Below, one piece after another: positions 1-14,500 of a stretch of DNA of 64,000 nucleotides. A program made the position numbers and the translations under genes. The notes beneath the pieces are model-generated. The model was not told where the DNA came from. It saw only the letters and a list, made by a program, of their open reading frames with translations, and did not search any database. Location of the stretch: positions 68,200,001-68,264,000 of the forward strand of contig OX597825.1 of the NCBI GenBank assembly GCA_951406725.2, read 5' to 3'. Origin of the DNA: Octopus vulgaris (Eukaryota). Within the stretch, counting starts at the first letter, position 1; each line of letters starts with the position of its first letter.

Positions 1-268
1 CTAGCATGAGTTTGGACAGAGAGTTATTTGAGGCAGGATTTTTACAGAGAGATGCTCTTCCAGTCACCAATGCTTTCTGGGTTTTTTTTCAAGTAAAAGG
101 TTCCTTTATTCCACAGGCCATCGAAAGCACAGAGCAACTAGTCATAATGTCAACAAGGAATGTTTAGAGATGTGTGTATGTATATCTATCTATGAATATT
201 CTAGTAGATATTCAGGATTCTGGGGTTTCACTGGGAAATCTGTTTATGTGGAATTTTGCCTTTTCTTT

Positions 269-281
269 TTTATTATTTATT
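269..281 (-). terminator. Candidate tandem AATAAA polyadenylation signals for VPS33B (implies a ~1.1 kb 3' UTR)
   Basis: TTTATT on + at 269-274 and 276-281; first AATAAA hexamers I found downstream of the stop. Confidence 0.4.
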
Positions 282-349
282 CTTTGGTATAGAAATTGCT
301 AGAATATTCTGAAAATAGTGTTAATGTCACATGATAGCAACACATAATA

Positions 350-690
350 TCTGTGTGTGTGTGTGTCTGCGTGTGTGTGCACGAATGCATGCATTTGTGT
401 ACACACACGTGTATGTGTGCTTGTGTACGCATGAATACATGCATGTGTGTGTGTGTGTTTGTGTATGCATGAATTCATGCATGTGTGTGTTTGTGTATGC
501 ATGAGTACATGTATGTGTGTGTGTGTGTGTGTGTGTGTTTGTGTATGCATGAATTCATGCATGTGTGTGTTTGTGTATGCATGAGTACATGCATGTGTGT
601 GTGTGTGTGTGTTTGTGTATGCATGAATTCATGCATGTGTGTGTTTGTGTATGCATGAGTACATGCATGTGTGTGTGTGTGCATGTGTGT
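350..690. repeat. (TG)n/CATG complex minisatellite with ~75-80 bp higher-order unit
   Basis: ATGCATGAATTCATGCAT occurs three times, alternating with ATGCATGAGTACATG. Confidence 0.85.
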
Positions 691-1389
691 TAAGTTTATC
701 ACAGCCTTTCGCAGGCTATTTCAGCTACTAAATATACAAAAGTGCAAAACGAACTCGTTAGCTGTTAATCGGTTGATTGTTTCCTTCCCATCTCTCGTCG
801 GACTTATAAAGATTCCAATCACGGGTGTCATGCCATCCCCCAATATCCACAATTCAATTCACTCAGCTTGTTTAGTGCTTCATTGTGATTCCTCAGCCTT
901 TCATTTTCACCAAACTGGCATTTTTATAAGCAGAAATCTCCTCGATTACGATATATTTTTCACAGGCACCTCAACAGTCTCGAAATATCCAAGACATTCT
1001 CTTCTGCATTGCTTGAGAGAATATTTTAGATTTTCAAGTCCAACATCATTTTGTCACTCTACAAGTCATTTCAGCAGATAAATTCTTATGTGTTCTTAAA
1101 AAGGTTCAACTGCACGGCATGTCTTCAATCACAAGAGGAGAGCTTATAAGAAATCCAAGCTACATAATCTCGCAGTAAACCTTTTACAGTTACACATTGC
1201 TTAAAGCTAAATTCAATGATATGTTTTGTTTTGTATTTTTTTTTTCTTCAAAGAGCTTTGGTATCAAAAGAATCTTAACAATTGTTTTTTGTTTGTCGTT
1301 CTGTTTTTCACAGGCATGTTATGTAGATGCCTTGTACTTGCACAAAGTACGGTTGTAGTTTGTGTGTGTCGTTATTATTTAACAGTTAA

Positions 1390-1463
1390 TTAGTTGTCCA
1401 TAAAAGATTGAATCATACGGCTTCCGTTTGTGATGCACGTCGTTGCAATCAAGAATTGGTAAC
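1390..1463 (-). CDS. VPS33B: VPS33B exon 19, terminal ([24 protein letters not shown])
   Basis: ttttgacag acceptor; TAA stop at 1390-1392. Confidence 0.93.
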
Positions 1464-4400
1464 CTGTCAAAAGATAAAATATTGTTAGATAAATAAATAA
1501 CAATTTGTGTGTGCGTGTATGTGTGTATGATTGGCACTCTGCTGGTTATGACAAGGGTTTTGATCAACAGAACTGCCATGAAATTAATGTGTAAGTGGCT
1601 GAGCACTCCACAAACATTTGCACCTATTTCTTTACTACCCACAAGGGGCTAAACACAGAGAGGACAGACAAACAGATTAAGTCGATTATATCGACCCCAG
1701 TGCGTAACTGGTACTTATTTAGTCGACCCCGAAAGGATGAAAGGCAAAGTCGACCTCGGCGGAATTTGAACTCAGAACGTAGCGGCAGACGAAATCCTGC
1801 TAAGCATTTCGCCTGGCGTGCTAACGATTCTGCCAGCTCGCTGCCTTCAATTTCCACAAACATTTGTACCCTTAACATAGTTAACACACACACATGCACA
1901 CACGCACACATATGCATCTGTATGCAATGGGCTTCTTTCAGTTTCTGTCTACAAAATTCATTCACAAGGCTTTGGTCAGCTCAGGGCTATAAAAGAAAAT
2001 ACTTGCTCAAGGTGCTAATTACTACTGCTATTAAAGTGGCAAAAAAGCAGCATAAAATATTTTAGCTTCCTTCCCTGTAAGTTATGAACTGTGAAGTCAT
2101 GTGAACTAGTGATTACAGTATTTGACATGTAATAGTACAGTTCGTGGGTTCAATCTCCAGATTAGGTAGCATGTTGTGTCCTTGGACAAGACACCTCATT
2201 TCACATTGTTCCAGCATACTCAGCTGAAAATGAGAGCCTCTCAGCAACAGAACTGTACTTCAACCCTTTCACTCTTTTACTCTTTTATTTGTTTCAGTCA
2301 TTCGACTGTGGCCATGCTGGAGCACCACCTTTAGTCGAGCAAATCGACCCCAGGACTTATTCTTTGTAAGCCTAGTACTTATTCTAACGGTCTCTTTCAC
2401 CGAACTGCTAAGTTACGGGGACATAAATACACCAGAACCGGTTGTCAGGCGATGTTGGGGGCGGACAAACACAGATACACAAACATATACACACACACAG
2501 ACACACATACATATACATATATATATGACGGGCTTCTTTCAGTTTCCATCTACCAAATCCACACACAAGGCTTTGGTCGGCCCAAGGCTATAGTAGCAGA
2601 CACTTGCCCAAGGTGCCATGCAGTGGGACTGAACCCAGAACCATGTGGTTGGTAAGCAAGCTACTTACCACACAGCCACTCCTACACCTATTTCACTGTG
2701 AAATTAAATTTCATGATTATTCCAGTAATGATTTTAGATATCTACCAAAACCAAAACAGAATTGGTATTTTCTGAAAGTTATGTTACTTCAATAAACCTC
2801 ACCTATCTCAGCAGAAAATAGTTTCAAACATGACATTCCTCAACAAAAGACAGATTGGTATATAAAATTGCTTTCCAGAGTTATGGGTAAGGGTAATGAA
2901 ATTTTGAGGAGATATATTCCACTTATGCGTACCTTCCCTTCATTGGACACTGCTTGCAAAAACCTGTTGAGGCAAGTGAAATTGAAATCAAATTCGATGA
3001 CTGGCATCTGTGCTAGTGAAGCACTAAGAGCACCATCTGAGTGTGATCGTTGCCAGAGCGGCTAACTGGCATTTGTGCCGGTGGCACATAAAAAACACCA
3101 TTCAAGCATGATCGTTACCAGCGTCGCCTTACTGCTGGCACTTGTGCCGGTGTGCAGGTGACATGTAAAAAAAAAACACAATTTTTTCATGACCGTTGCC
3201 TGTACCACCTGACTGGCTCTCATGCCGGTGGTACGTGAAAGCACCCATTACACTCTCAGAATGGTTGGCATTAGGAAGGGCATCCAGCTGTAGAAACTCT
3301 GCCAGATCAAGATTGGAGCCTGGTGCAGCCATCTGGTTCGCCAGTCCTCAGTCAAATCGTCCAACCCATGCTAGCATGGAAATCAGACATTAAACAATGA
3401 TGATGATGATGATATCCGATTTCCATAGTAAAAGAGTTAACTCAGAATCATCATCATCAACATTTAATGTCCATTTTTCATGCTGGCATGAGATGGATGA
3501 CTTGACAGGAACTGGCAAGGCTAGGGGCCACACCAGGTCCCATAGTCTGTTTCAGCTTGGTCTCCACACCTGCAAGCCCTTCCTAACACCAACCACTTTA
3601 CAGAGTGTACCGGTTGCTTTTTACATGGCACCATTACAAATGCTTTTTACATGACACCAGCACCAGTGCTTTTTACAAGGCACCAGCATCCACACCAATG
3701 CTTTGTATGTGGCACCTTGGTTCTAGGATCTCATTTCTGTTGCGATGGATGGGTCTTCTTAAGTAACAGCAGTGTACCACATATCTCGGTCCTTTGTTAA
3801 AACTGATACAGCACAAAGGATGATGGCAAATTCTTGAAAGTATTACAACACTGACCTCACCCATTCTTATTAAGTCATAAGATGTGTCTTGCAAACAACT
3901 TGTACATGCAAGTGCTACCAGTCAAAAACTCCGCATACTGGAAGCCAGCAAATGTATGAGGTCATCAGGAGAGAATGCGAGCCATTTCAGGGCCTACCTC
4001 TTGACGGCGTCAATGCGCACCGGCACCCCACTCACTGATATGAGGTCCCACTTGCTAGATCAGCTGGTTATCAAATAAAGCTCAATATTCTTCTAGCCAT
4101 CGCTCATCGTCTCTTTTTAACCAAAAAAAAAAATTATATGGTAAAGAACTACCATTTATTTCTCACACATTGTTTCCAATCAAGGGGTTCAATACAAGGA
4201 TAAAAAGAAATAACGCCCTCACCTTTTTCACGCCCCAGTAAACGTAGTGCTGCTATTTCTGCAAACGTGCATCCACCAAGGAAAAATACCATCACTACTC
4301 TGGCAGCAGGATAATCAGGAGAACCTTTTGATTTGCCTGTAATGAAGAAGAAACAAAAAACAGGACATATGGGGTTAGAAGATGAACGATCTGAAAGGTT

Positions 4401-7400
4401 TTGGGGATTTTGTTTTTTTAGATACAGCTAGCCATGAGGTTAAGAAGCATGCTTTGCAACCACGTGGTTTCAGGTTCAGTCTCACTATACAGTACCTTGG
4501 GCAAGTGTCATTTATTATAGCTCCAGAATGACCAATGCCTTGTGAGTGGATTTGGTTGATGGAAACTGTGCAGAGGCTCATTGTATATATGTATATATGT
4601 ATGTATGTATGTATATGTGTGTGTGTGTGTGTGTGTGTACGTCTTTATTTATGTCTCCCACAACAGCTGGACAACCGGTGTTGGTTTGTTCACATCTCCA
4701 TAATTTAGCAGTTTAGCAAAAGAGATAGACAGAATAAATAACGGGGGCGATTTATTCTTGTTCAATTAAAAACCCTTCGAAGCAGTGCTCCAGCATGGTC
4801 GCAGTTAAATGACTGAAACAAGTAAGAGACAACTGACAAATTAGTATAGGATTGTTAGAGCATAAGACAGAATGCCTTGCCATATTCGTTTCCTGTTCTT
4901 TGCACTTGAGATCGACATTGCTCTCCATCCTTCGAGGATCGATAAGCTAAAAGTGCCAGGTTATGTAGCTCAGATTTCTTATATAGCTCTCCTCTTGTGA
5001 TTGAAGACATTTCATGCAGTTGAACCTTTTTAAGAACACATCAGAATTTATCTGGCGAAATGACTTGTAGAGTGATAGAATGATGTTGGACTTGAATTAT
5101 TGACGCATTGGATGAAGAAGCTTTGCAGTACTAGTTCGGGATCATTGCACTCTGAATTCAAATTCTGCCCAACAAGCAAAGTTTCCCTTCTACAGGGTAA
5201 CATTGTTTTCCAACAGAATAAGTACCAGGCTTTAAAAAAATATGGGCATGGCTGTGTGGTTAGGGAGCTTGCTTCCTAGCTACATGGTTTCGGGTTCAGT
5301 CCCACTGTGTGGCACTTTGGGTAGGTGTCTTCCGCTATAGCCCCAAGCCGACCGAAGTTTTGTGATTGAATTCGGCAGGCGGAAGTTACTGCCGTGTGTG
5401 TATATGTGCGTGTAGGTGCTTGTGCCTCTCCGAAAGAGAGAGAGAGGGAAAAAAAAATATATAACTAATGGGGTTGATTCATTCAACTAAAACCCTTCAA
5501 AGCAGTGCCCTAGAATGGCTGCAGTCCAATGACTGAAACAAGTAAAACATAACCAAGGAGGAACTTACCTTTAGGAATAGGAGATCGTATACTACAGAAT
5601 GTTTCACCAGGCAATAATTTTGTCACATCTTCCAAACCAGTGAAACCATTTCTAGTTAGAACCTGTGATTGATAAAAATGTAAATATTTACTACACAATC
5701 AGATTTCAAATATTTCAAAAGAATTATCACATATTTGAGAAATTTTGAAAATACTGCAAATTTTCAATTACTTTTTGACCACAAATGTTTATCACACACA
5801 CACACACACTCAGAAGATGTGAGAGGTATTTGAGGGTGCTTAATTATCAATATATTACTCTCTTCAAACTGGGTGTCTTGCTATACAGGAGATACATTTC
5901 TTCTTCACGATGTGCAAGAATGGGTGGGAGTAGCTGGAAGGGAAATGAAGATGGTGGTGACAGGGTGCCAGGGCATATTCACAAGGTACAAAAAGGCGAG
6001 TATAAGAGGGAATATAGTCCATGAATTACGAGGGAAGGAAAGAGTGGGTAATTCCACAAAAATGTGGAGGAGAATGACAGATGAGTAGAAATTGGACAAG
6101 AGATGGATGTAGCGAATGACAAAAGATGGTAAGCGTTTGACAAAAGATGGTTGATGGTAACAATCAGAATAGAAGGAGAGGGGAGAGAGAGATAGTAATA
6201 GCTATGTCAAGTGTGTGTGTCTGTGGAGTGCTCAACCATTAGCATGCTAATTTCATGAGCAGATTGTTCCATTGATCAGCTCAGCTGGAACCCTCGTCAT
6301 CGTAACTAACCGAGTGATTAGTTTTGACCCTAACCCAAGCAAGGTAATATTTTGTCATTGCTAGACGTGTTTTCATAGAAGACTAGAAATGAACAGCTTT
6401 GCTGTGTGACAATGATACCCGTTTGCAACCATTGCATTATGTATAGACAAGGGCACACACACTTTGGTTAGCCCAGCCCAAGGCTACAGTAAATGACACT
6501 TGCTTAAGGGATCATGTGGTGTAACTGAACTGAAAACCACATGGTCAGGAAGCAAGCTTCTTAACCCCACAATGTTTTATATTCTTTCAATGCTGATATG
6601 ATTTGAATGATTTTTTGAAGCATTAGATTGTGGTACCAGAGCTAAAAGTGAATATTTTTACCTACCTCCTCAACCAGGCGGCACGAGGTTGGAGTATACG
6701 CACCACTAAAAACATATGACATATCACGGGGACTTTTTAAATTGATGTCTTCAGCAGATTTAGGAACCTTGAAAAGCAAAGGAAAAGAAAAAAAGAAAAA
6801 AACATATTGATCAGTATGAGGAGGGGATCTGTTTTGATATCAGGAAGGAACAGGTAATTCAGATGTGAGAGGTACTTGAGGGCACTTAATTATCAATATA
6901 TTACACTTAAAAAAAAAATCTTGCTGTACAGAAGATTTGGGGACCTTGAAAAGCAAAGAAAAAGAAAAAAGAAAAAAAGCATATTGATGAGTATGAAGGG
7001 GGAGGATCTGTTTTGATATCAGGAAGGAGCAGATAATTCAGATGTGAAGGGTATTTGAGGGCACTTAATTATCAATAGATTACTCTTCAAACAAGGTGTC
7101 TTGCTGTACAGCAGATTTGGGGACCTTGAAAAGCAAAGAAAAGGAAAAAAGAGAAAAAAAAACATATTGATGAGTATGGGGGTGGGGAGGAATCTGTTTT
7201 CATATCAGGAAGGAGCAGATAATTCAGACCATCAAACAGTGGAACCACCACCACCACCACCACAAGTGCCACTACGCCACTCCCACAGCCGCCATCATCA
7301 ACATCATCAGAGTGTTGACCCTTTTACTATGAAAATCAGCTACATCCATTCTAAATTTCATTACCTTTATCTGCAGACAGCAGTTTTAGATACCAGTCTA

Positions 7401-10400
7401 TCTTTTATTGAGACATGTCAAGTTTGTTGAGGGGACTTGCAGAAAATACCACAAGTGCCACTACGCCATTCCCACAGCCACCATCCTCAACATCATCAGA
7501 GTGTTGACCTTTTTTCTTTGGAATAGAAAAAAGTCTATCTTTATTTCTTCTTTTGCTGGTGTCTCAAATTTAGGTTAAATCAGTGTTTCTCAAAGGGAAG
7601 GCCTATGGGACGGTCGGACAAGTGTTTTGAGAAAATTTGGTTTAAATGTTTGACAACTCAGCACCGTCCAATGGACGGAGGAGGGGTCGTTTTGCTCGTT
7701 TAATAATGCAGTTCTAATACACCTGTTTGTTGTTCCATCACCTGTCTCTGTCTTTTGTCTTCTGTACATTATTTGAACCATAGATACACAGGAGAAAGCG
7801 GTGATGGTCAGAACACCCTTGATCATAAGTCTGTTCAGTAAAGGCTGACTGGGGGGAGGGACAAAAAGTAACAAATAAGAACAACAACATTTACGAATGT
7901 ACTTACTAGGTTGAGTTTTTTCACTAAAGCTTGGTAGCTGCTCCTCTTGGCCATTGCTGCTACTCCAGCAGCCATTTTCCCAAGGGGTTTACTCAGTGAC
8001 TGCTCTTGTTCCATGAACAGATGGAGTTTGCGCAGGTTATGTAAAGTTGGCAACATATCAAAGCCATATGTCTACAAATGATAATGTAAAGGAAATTTCA
8101 ACAAACAAAATTTTAACTCAAATGAAATTTTATTGTTCAGAAAAGTTCATGGTGTCATGTAACAAAAGACTATGACTTTCTTGATTATATTCCTAACAAA
8201 AGAAAAATGTGATTCAGTAAAATAATTAACCTCTTTGTTATAAAATGCTTGGAACATAATTTAACAGAATGGTTCTTACAGAATGGGTAAAGGCAGCGAA
8301 CTGGCAGAATCGTTAGCATGCCGGGTGAAATGCTTAGCAGTATTTTGTCTGCCACTACGTTCTGAGTTCAAATTCCGCCAAGGTTGACTTTGCCTTTCAT
8401 CCTTTCGGGGTCGATTAAATAAGTACCAGTTATGCACTGGGGTCGATATAATCAACTTAATCCGTTTGTCTGTCCTTTTTTGTCCTCTTTGTGTGTAGCC
8501 CCTTGTGGGCAGTAAAGAAATAAGAATGGTTCTTACATAAAATTATAATGGAAGGTTTTAATATAAATATGATCAACAGGTGTGGCTGTGTGGTAAGAAT
8601 CTTGCTTCTCAACCACATGGTTCTGGGTTCAGTCCCACCATGTGACACCTTGGGCAAGTGTCCTCTACTATAACCTCAGGCTGACCTAAGCCATGTGAGT
8701 GGATTTGGTAGACGGAAACTGAAAGAAACCTGTTGTATATATATGTATATCTCTATGTGTTTGTCCCCCCCATTACTGCTTGACAACTGGTGTTAGTGTG
8801 TTTATGCCCTGTAACTAAGCAGTTTGGCAAAAGAGACCAACAGAATAAGCACTAGGCTATAAAAAATAAATCCTGGGGTCAATTTATTTGACTAAAACCC
8901 CTCAAGGTGGTGCCCCAGCATGGCAGCATTCAAATGATCGAAACAAGTAAAAGAATAAAAGAACATAAAACAGGTTTTTGTATCATAGAATTAGAGATGG
9001 CCCCAACTAAGTTAGTATTAAAAGGGCTTAAGGGGTAAAATACTAATCGCAATTTCACAAGTTCAACCCATGTAATTAGCCTATATATTACAGCCCTAAA
9101 TAATTACCGAACATGTGTTGCTTAGAGTTTACTTCTGGTGAAAGTAAAAATCTGAAAAGTAATCTTCTCTTTCTTGGTCTCCACTCATCAGAAAATGTAG
9201 GCCACTAAAATATTCATCCTTTATATTTCAGCTCCCTATAGAACATAGGCAATCAACACAGGTTCCTTCATTATCTTTAGCTCCCCAATGAAATAGAGGC
9301 CATCAATATATTCCTTATTCTTTAGCTTCCCCATAAAAAAATAGGCTACTAACATATGCTGACTTGGCAGACACCCATAAAATTATTAACTATCTTACTA
9401 ACAATAACTCTGAGCACCTTTTCAAACTCCACCTGTCTAACACCCATGGAGATGTTTACAAAGTCAGAAAACAGGACAGCTCCCATGACTTTCACAAAAA
9501 AAAATTTTTCACACTAAGAGTTGCTGAAGTATGGAACAAACTGCGGGCACCAGTTGTTAGTTGTCGGAGCACTGCATCCTTCAAAACTTCCATGCTTCCT
9601 GAGATTGACCAACACTACACCTGATTTTCTCCCCTCCATACACACGCAAGCATGTATCTGACTCATACACTGTTCACTTTCCAGACATTTGTACATTACT
9701 GCATATGCTTTATACGCACTTTTGACAAGTTGTGGTGCACCTGAGCACTGTATACAATAATTTCATTATTATTATTATGATTATGATTATTATTAATATT
9801 ATTATTATATTCCTTTCTTTTAACTTTGAGCTCCCTATGGAACATAAGGCATCAACATAATCCTCTTCCTTTACCACTCAGTTCCCCAATTCCCAATCCA
9901 CGGAATGTATGTCATCAACATACTCTTTTCAAGTATTCTTATTCAGAGAAATCCTTTCCAACAACTTCCAGTTCTACAGTGCAGTGTAAGAAGACACTTG
10001 CCTAAACTATACAGTTGCACTGAACTCCAAACCATATGGATGCAAAATAAGCTTCTAAACCACAAAAAAAAAAAAAAAAATTGAATGTGAAATGACTGCT
10101 ACACCTATGTCACATGAGGGATTTGATCTTTAAGTCTCTTAACGGAAATGAAGAAATCATCTGGAAACTGACCTGAATAAACTGTATTGACAACTGCTTG
10201 TAGTGTTTGGAATTAATGCCATCATTTGTCAGGGAAAGTAGACAAAGAAGCCTCAGAGTCTGTTCACAGTTGAACTGAAATAAAAGAATGATAGTGAAAT
10301 ATTAAACAGCTGTTTCGGAGATTTTGTAATAAATAGATGCAGTATTGGATAAAATGAATGATGGAAGTAATTAGAACAGCATCACAGGAAAAAAAAAAGA

Positions 10401-11506
10401 ACAAAATAATTATTAATTATTGTTGGGTGATCTGTGTGTAACACAGAAGACTAACTGTGGTCCATAGTGTGAAACAAGAGGTGGTTGATCTAAGGTGTGA
10501 AACAACACTACAAACAGAAAGATACTAGTACTTATGGTTACATACATATACAGATCAAATTCTTACATCATCTTTGACTTGAGGGAACATAACATTATTA
10601 AACAAATGATGATACACATCTACCTTTAGGTTGCTACTGGTTTCTATAAAAGATATCTAAGTTTTACTCCCACTGCCTACTTATGACATCAAACTAGACA
10701 GCTTAATATATTTAACCCATCAATGTTCAGATTACTCAGTCAAATGTAGGAATGGCTGTGTGGTAAGTAGCTTGCTTACCAGCCACATGGTTCCGGGTTC
10801 AGTCCCACTGTGTGGCACCTTGGACAAGTGTCTTCTACTATAGCCTTGGGCCAACCAAAGCCTTGTGAGTGGATTTGGTAGACGGAAACTGAAAGAAGCC
10901 CATCGTATATATGTGTGTGTGTATATGTTTGTGTGTCTGTGTTTGTCCGCCCAACATTACTTGACAACCGATGCTGGTTTGTTTATATCCCCGTAACTTA
11001 GCGGTTCGGCAAAAGAGACTGATAGAATAAGTACTAGGCTTACAAAGAATAAGTCCTAGGGTCAATTTGCTTGACTAAAGGCGGTGCTCCAGCATGGCCA
11101 CAGTCAAATGACTGAAACAAGTAAAAGATTAAAAAAAAGAGTAAAATTGTTTTGAATTAATTATGCATTATCATATAGCTTTGAAGTTTTGATGATGTGA
11201 TTGTTTATTTTTAGAATGTTAGTGTACATTAGGTGAGAGAGGTTAGATATGGCCAATTTGAATGTAAGGGTAAAGACCCCTTTTAGTCATGAATGACCAT
11301 GGAATTTCACCTGGAAAGTTCCCGTCTGAGGCACAAGCCCAGGCAAAGTTATTTATGAAAGATCATCAGTTGCCCATGCATACCAGCCTTCCCTCTCCAT
11401 ACCACTGGTATTATCCAAGGGAAAGGCAAAGGCTAATACAACTTGGCACCAATGACATCACAACTCATTTCTTCAGCTGATTTAACTGGAGCAACATGAA
11501 ACAAAG

Positions 11507-11550
<44 letters not shown>

Positions 11551-14500
11551 TGTGTGCGTGTGCCTTTGTGTTCTTGTTGTGTTTGTCCCCTACCACCACT
11601 TGACAATAAATGTCAGTTTCTTTACAGTGCCGTAACCCTTCAAGGCAGTGCCCCAGCATGGCCACAGTCCAATGAGAGAAGCAAGTAAAAGATAAAGGAC
11701 AAAAGATTACTTCCTGTGACAAAGTAATGGGGTGCAATGCCTACCTACCTTTCGGTTGATACACTCTTCAATAAAATTAATGTTTTCTTTGGTATCGCTA
11801 CCTTCCAGCAGACCTGAAATGACAAAAGATATGAAGAAATGTTATTCAATCCTGAAATCCAGTCAGTGTTTGATGCAATGTTGATGTTTTAAAACCATTC
11901 GACAATAAATTTTAAAAAGAAACGAATACATTTTTAACATTGATTTTAGTATTAACTGAAGTTTTATTTTCCTGAAGCAACAGTCAGTATGTTTAACTGC
12001 TTTGTGTGGGGGATGACAAATAGAATTGATCCTGATCCCCTGATTTGTCTTAACCCTTTCGTTACTATATTTATTTTGAGATGTTCAGTGTTTCTTTCAA
12101 TTAATTTTAAATATAACAAAGAATTTAGTAAAATAACTTAGTTATCATTCAGCAAGCATTAGGAACATAAATTGTGACTAAGGTTTGGTGGAAGAATTTC
12201 ATTCAAAACTTATGAAAACAAGACATTTGTACTCAGAGCCAGAGCCAGTTTCAGCCGGGTTGGTAACGAAAGGGTTAATCTATTAATGAAAGATTATATA
12301 TTACTGATGAGCCAATGAAGGTATCTATTCAGTTGCTAGACTTACTAAAAATAGCAGCCAATTCTCTTCCAAATTACACAAGTAATGATTAAATACTGTA
12401 GTCCTAGATTCATTATGTTTGAAAAACAGATAAGATGACCGTGACTGAGACAACTTTGATTATAGATCTACTCAACTAGAGCATACTTAGGGCTAAACCA
12501 CAACATATTGACCCTGAAGAATAAAATTAGATGCAGTGATATTTATGCCTTAGCAGTATTTCGTCTGCTGTTACTTCTGAGTTCAAATTCCACCAAGGTC
12601 GACTTTGCCTTTCATCCTTTCGGGGTCGATAAATTAAGTACCAGTTAGGCACTGGGGTCGATGTAATTGACTTAATCCCTTTGTCTGTCCTTGTTTGTCC
12701 CCTGTATGTTTAGCCCCTTGTGAGCAATAAAGAAATAAGAAACCTATATCTGACAAACAACACTATCATTCAGAAAATTGATGAGATCAACATAAAATAA
12801 ACTACATCCAGATATACTATTTATGAGAGTTAGGAGAACAACGAAATTAGTTGAATAAAGGATTAGGAGGAATAAGTGAATGGAATGATGTATTAACCCT
12901 TTGAATGCAGAAAGTGGATATATCTTGCTTAAAATTTTATTACTATTAACTATGGAAATTGATATTACTCTCTCAGATTTGAAAAAAAAACTTTTCCTTA
13001 TGCTACGAGAAGAGGTGACATCCCCGTTGACACTTTTTATGAAAGACAATGTTTCAAATTTTCTTAACCTCTAGACGCTGGTATTACCCAAAGTATGCGA
13101 GACAATGCTCTGGTTTTTTTATCTAATGAGGCCACACAAACACATAAGTGCCAACGAGCTCGCGTCTATTTACATTCACCCTTACAATAAATAACATAGC
13201 ATCGTACATTTACGTCTCCCGGTTTATGAAAACGAACTATGTGAAGCTATTTATCATAATATGATATGCACAAGTTATTCTGCTCAAGTTCAGAAAATAG
13301 CTTGCGTGTGGTACAACTCAAAACACGGTATTATGCTTGTAAAGTATCCGCATGTCATTGGCCTACTGCTAGTCTCATGACTTGAACGTAACCTAAAATA
13401 GCTAAGATAATGCACGGGACAGCGAGCGCGCACACCTCAAGAGATAAAGTACACGATAGCGAACGTAAACATACGTCAGCCGCTACAAAGTCTGTGATAG
13501 ATGTACTGCAGCTCTACATCGTATATTTACGTTAACCGCAGGTAGGCAAGCAAAAGTGTGATCGCATATTTGTGTCAACCGTTGTCAAGGGGCTAAATTG
13601 TTTCACATATTTAATCAAATATTTCCTGATAGAGCAAGAATTAAATACTTTTAGTGATGGATATGAAAACTGTACCTGCAGGAGATATGAAAAAAAGTAT
13701 TGTGAAAGTAGAAAATATCAATTCTATTATTTTTATAGATAATTAACATCATTACAGTAATAACCGTGAAATTAAATTATGCAGTCAAAGGGTCAAAGGA
13801 ATAAATGTTTAATAAAAACCTCTCACTATGTTCAGTTTGCATGATTTCCTCAAAGTTTTCAAAACTTTTCGTCTTTCTCGCCATAACAACTTCACATGCT
13901 CCAATATCTGAAAAATGAAAAACAAACACGGACTATACTGAATGCAGATCTGAGATTCCCATCGGCAGGTTGCTGATATTGAATAAAAATGTTACACACT
14001 TATGGTATGCAAATTAGTTTCCTGTAGCTACTGGATTTGTTGAATAAACAAACTGATTGGCTGCTTATCTCTCTGATATTGGTCAAATGATGTAAACATC
14101 TCTGATGAGAGCTCAATAAGGTTTGAAAATCAATTAAGGCTGTCCATCATTTTGTTTCAATCTTTGGGGAAATAGTTAAATTTGATCAGTTTGAATACTC
14201 TTTACTCTCTTTTACTCTTTTACTTGTTTCAGTCATTTGACTGTGGCCATGCTGGAGCACTGCCTTTAGTCGAGCAAATCGACCCCAGGACTTATTCTTT
14301 GTAAGCCTATCAGTTTCTTTTGCCAAACCTCCAAGTAAACACATCAGCATCGGTTGTCAAGCGATGTTGGGAGGACAAACACTCATACACATACACATAC
14401 ACACACATATATATACATATCATCATCATTTAACGTCCATTTTCCATGCTAGCATGGGTTGGACATATACATATACATATATACGACGGGCTTCTTTCAA

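Noticed and set aside
671-1081. 136 aa plus-strand ORF
   Set aside because: Antisense to the presumed VPS33B 3' UTR, starts in a microsatellite, no recognisable domain.
2452-2795. Recurrent peptides ([19 protein letters not shown]..., [11 protein letters not shown]...) that look like a gene family
   Set aside because: Chance translations of family A SINE copies.
3795-4170. Possible solo LTR (GC-richer stretch with AATAAA)
   Set aside because: Could not define TG...CA termini with a TSD; no second copy.
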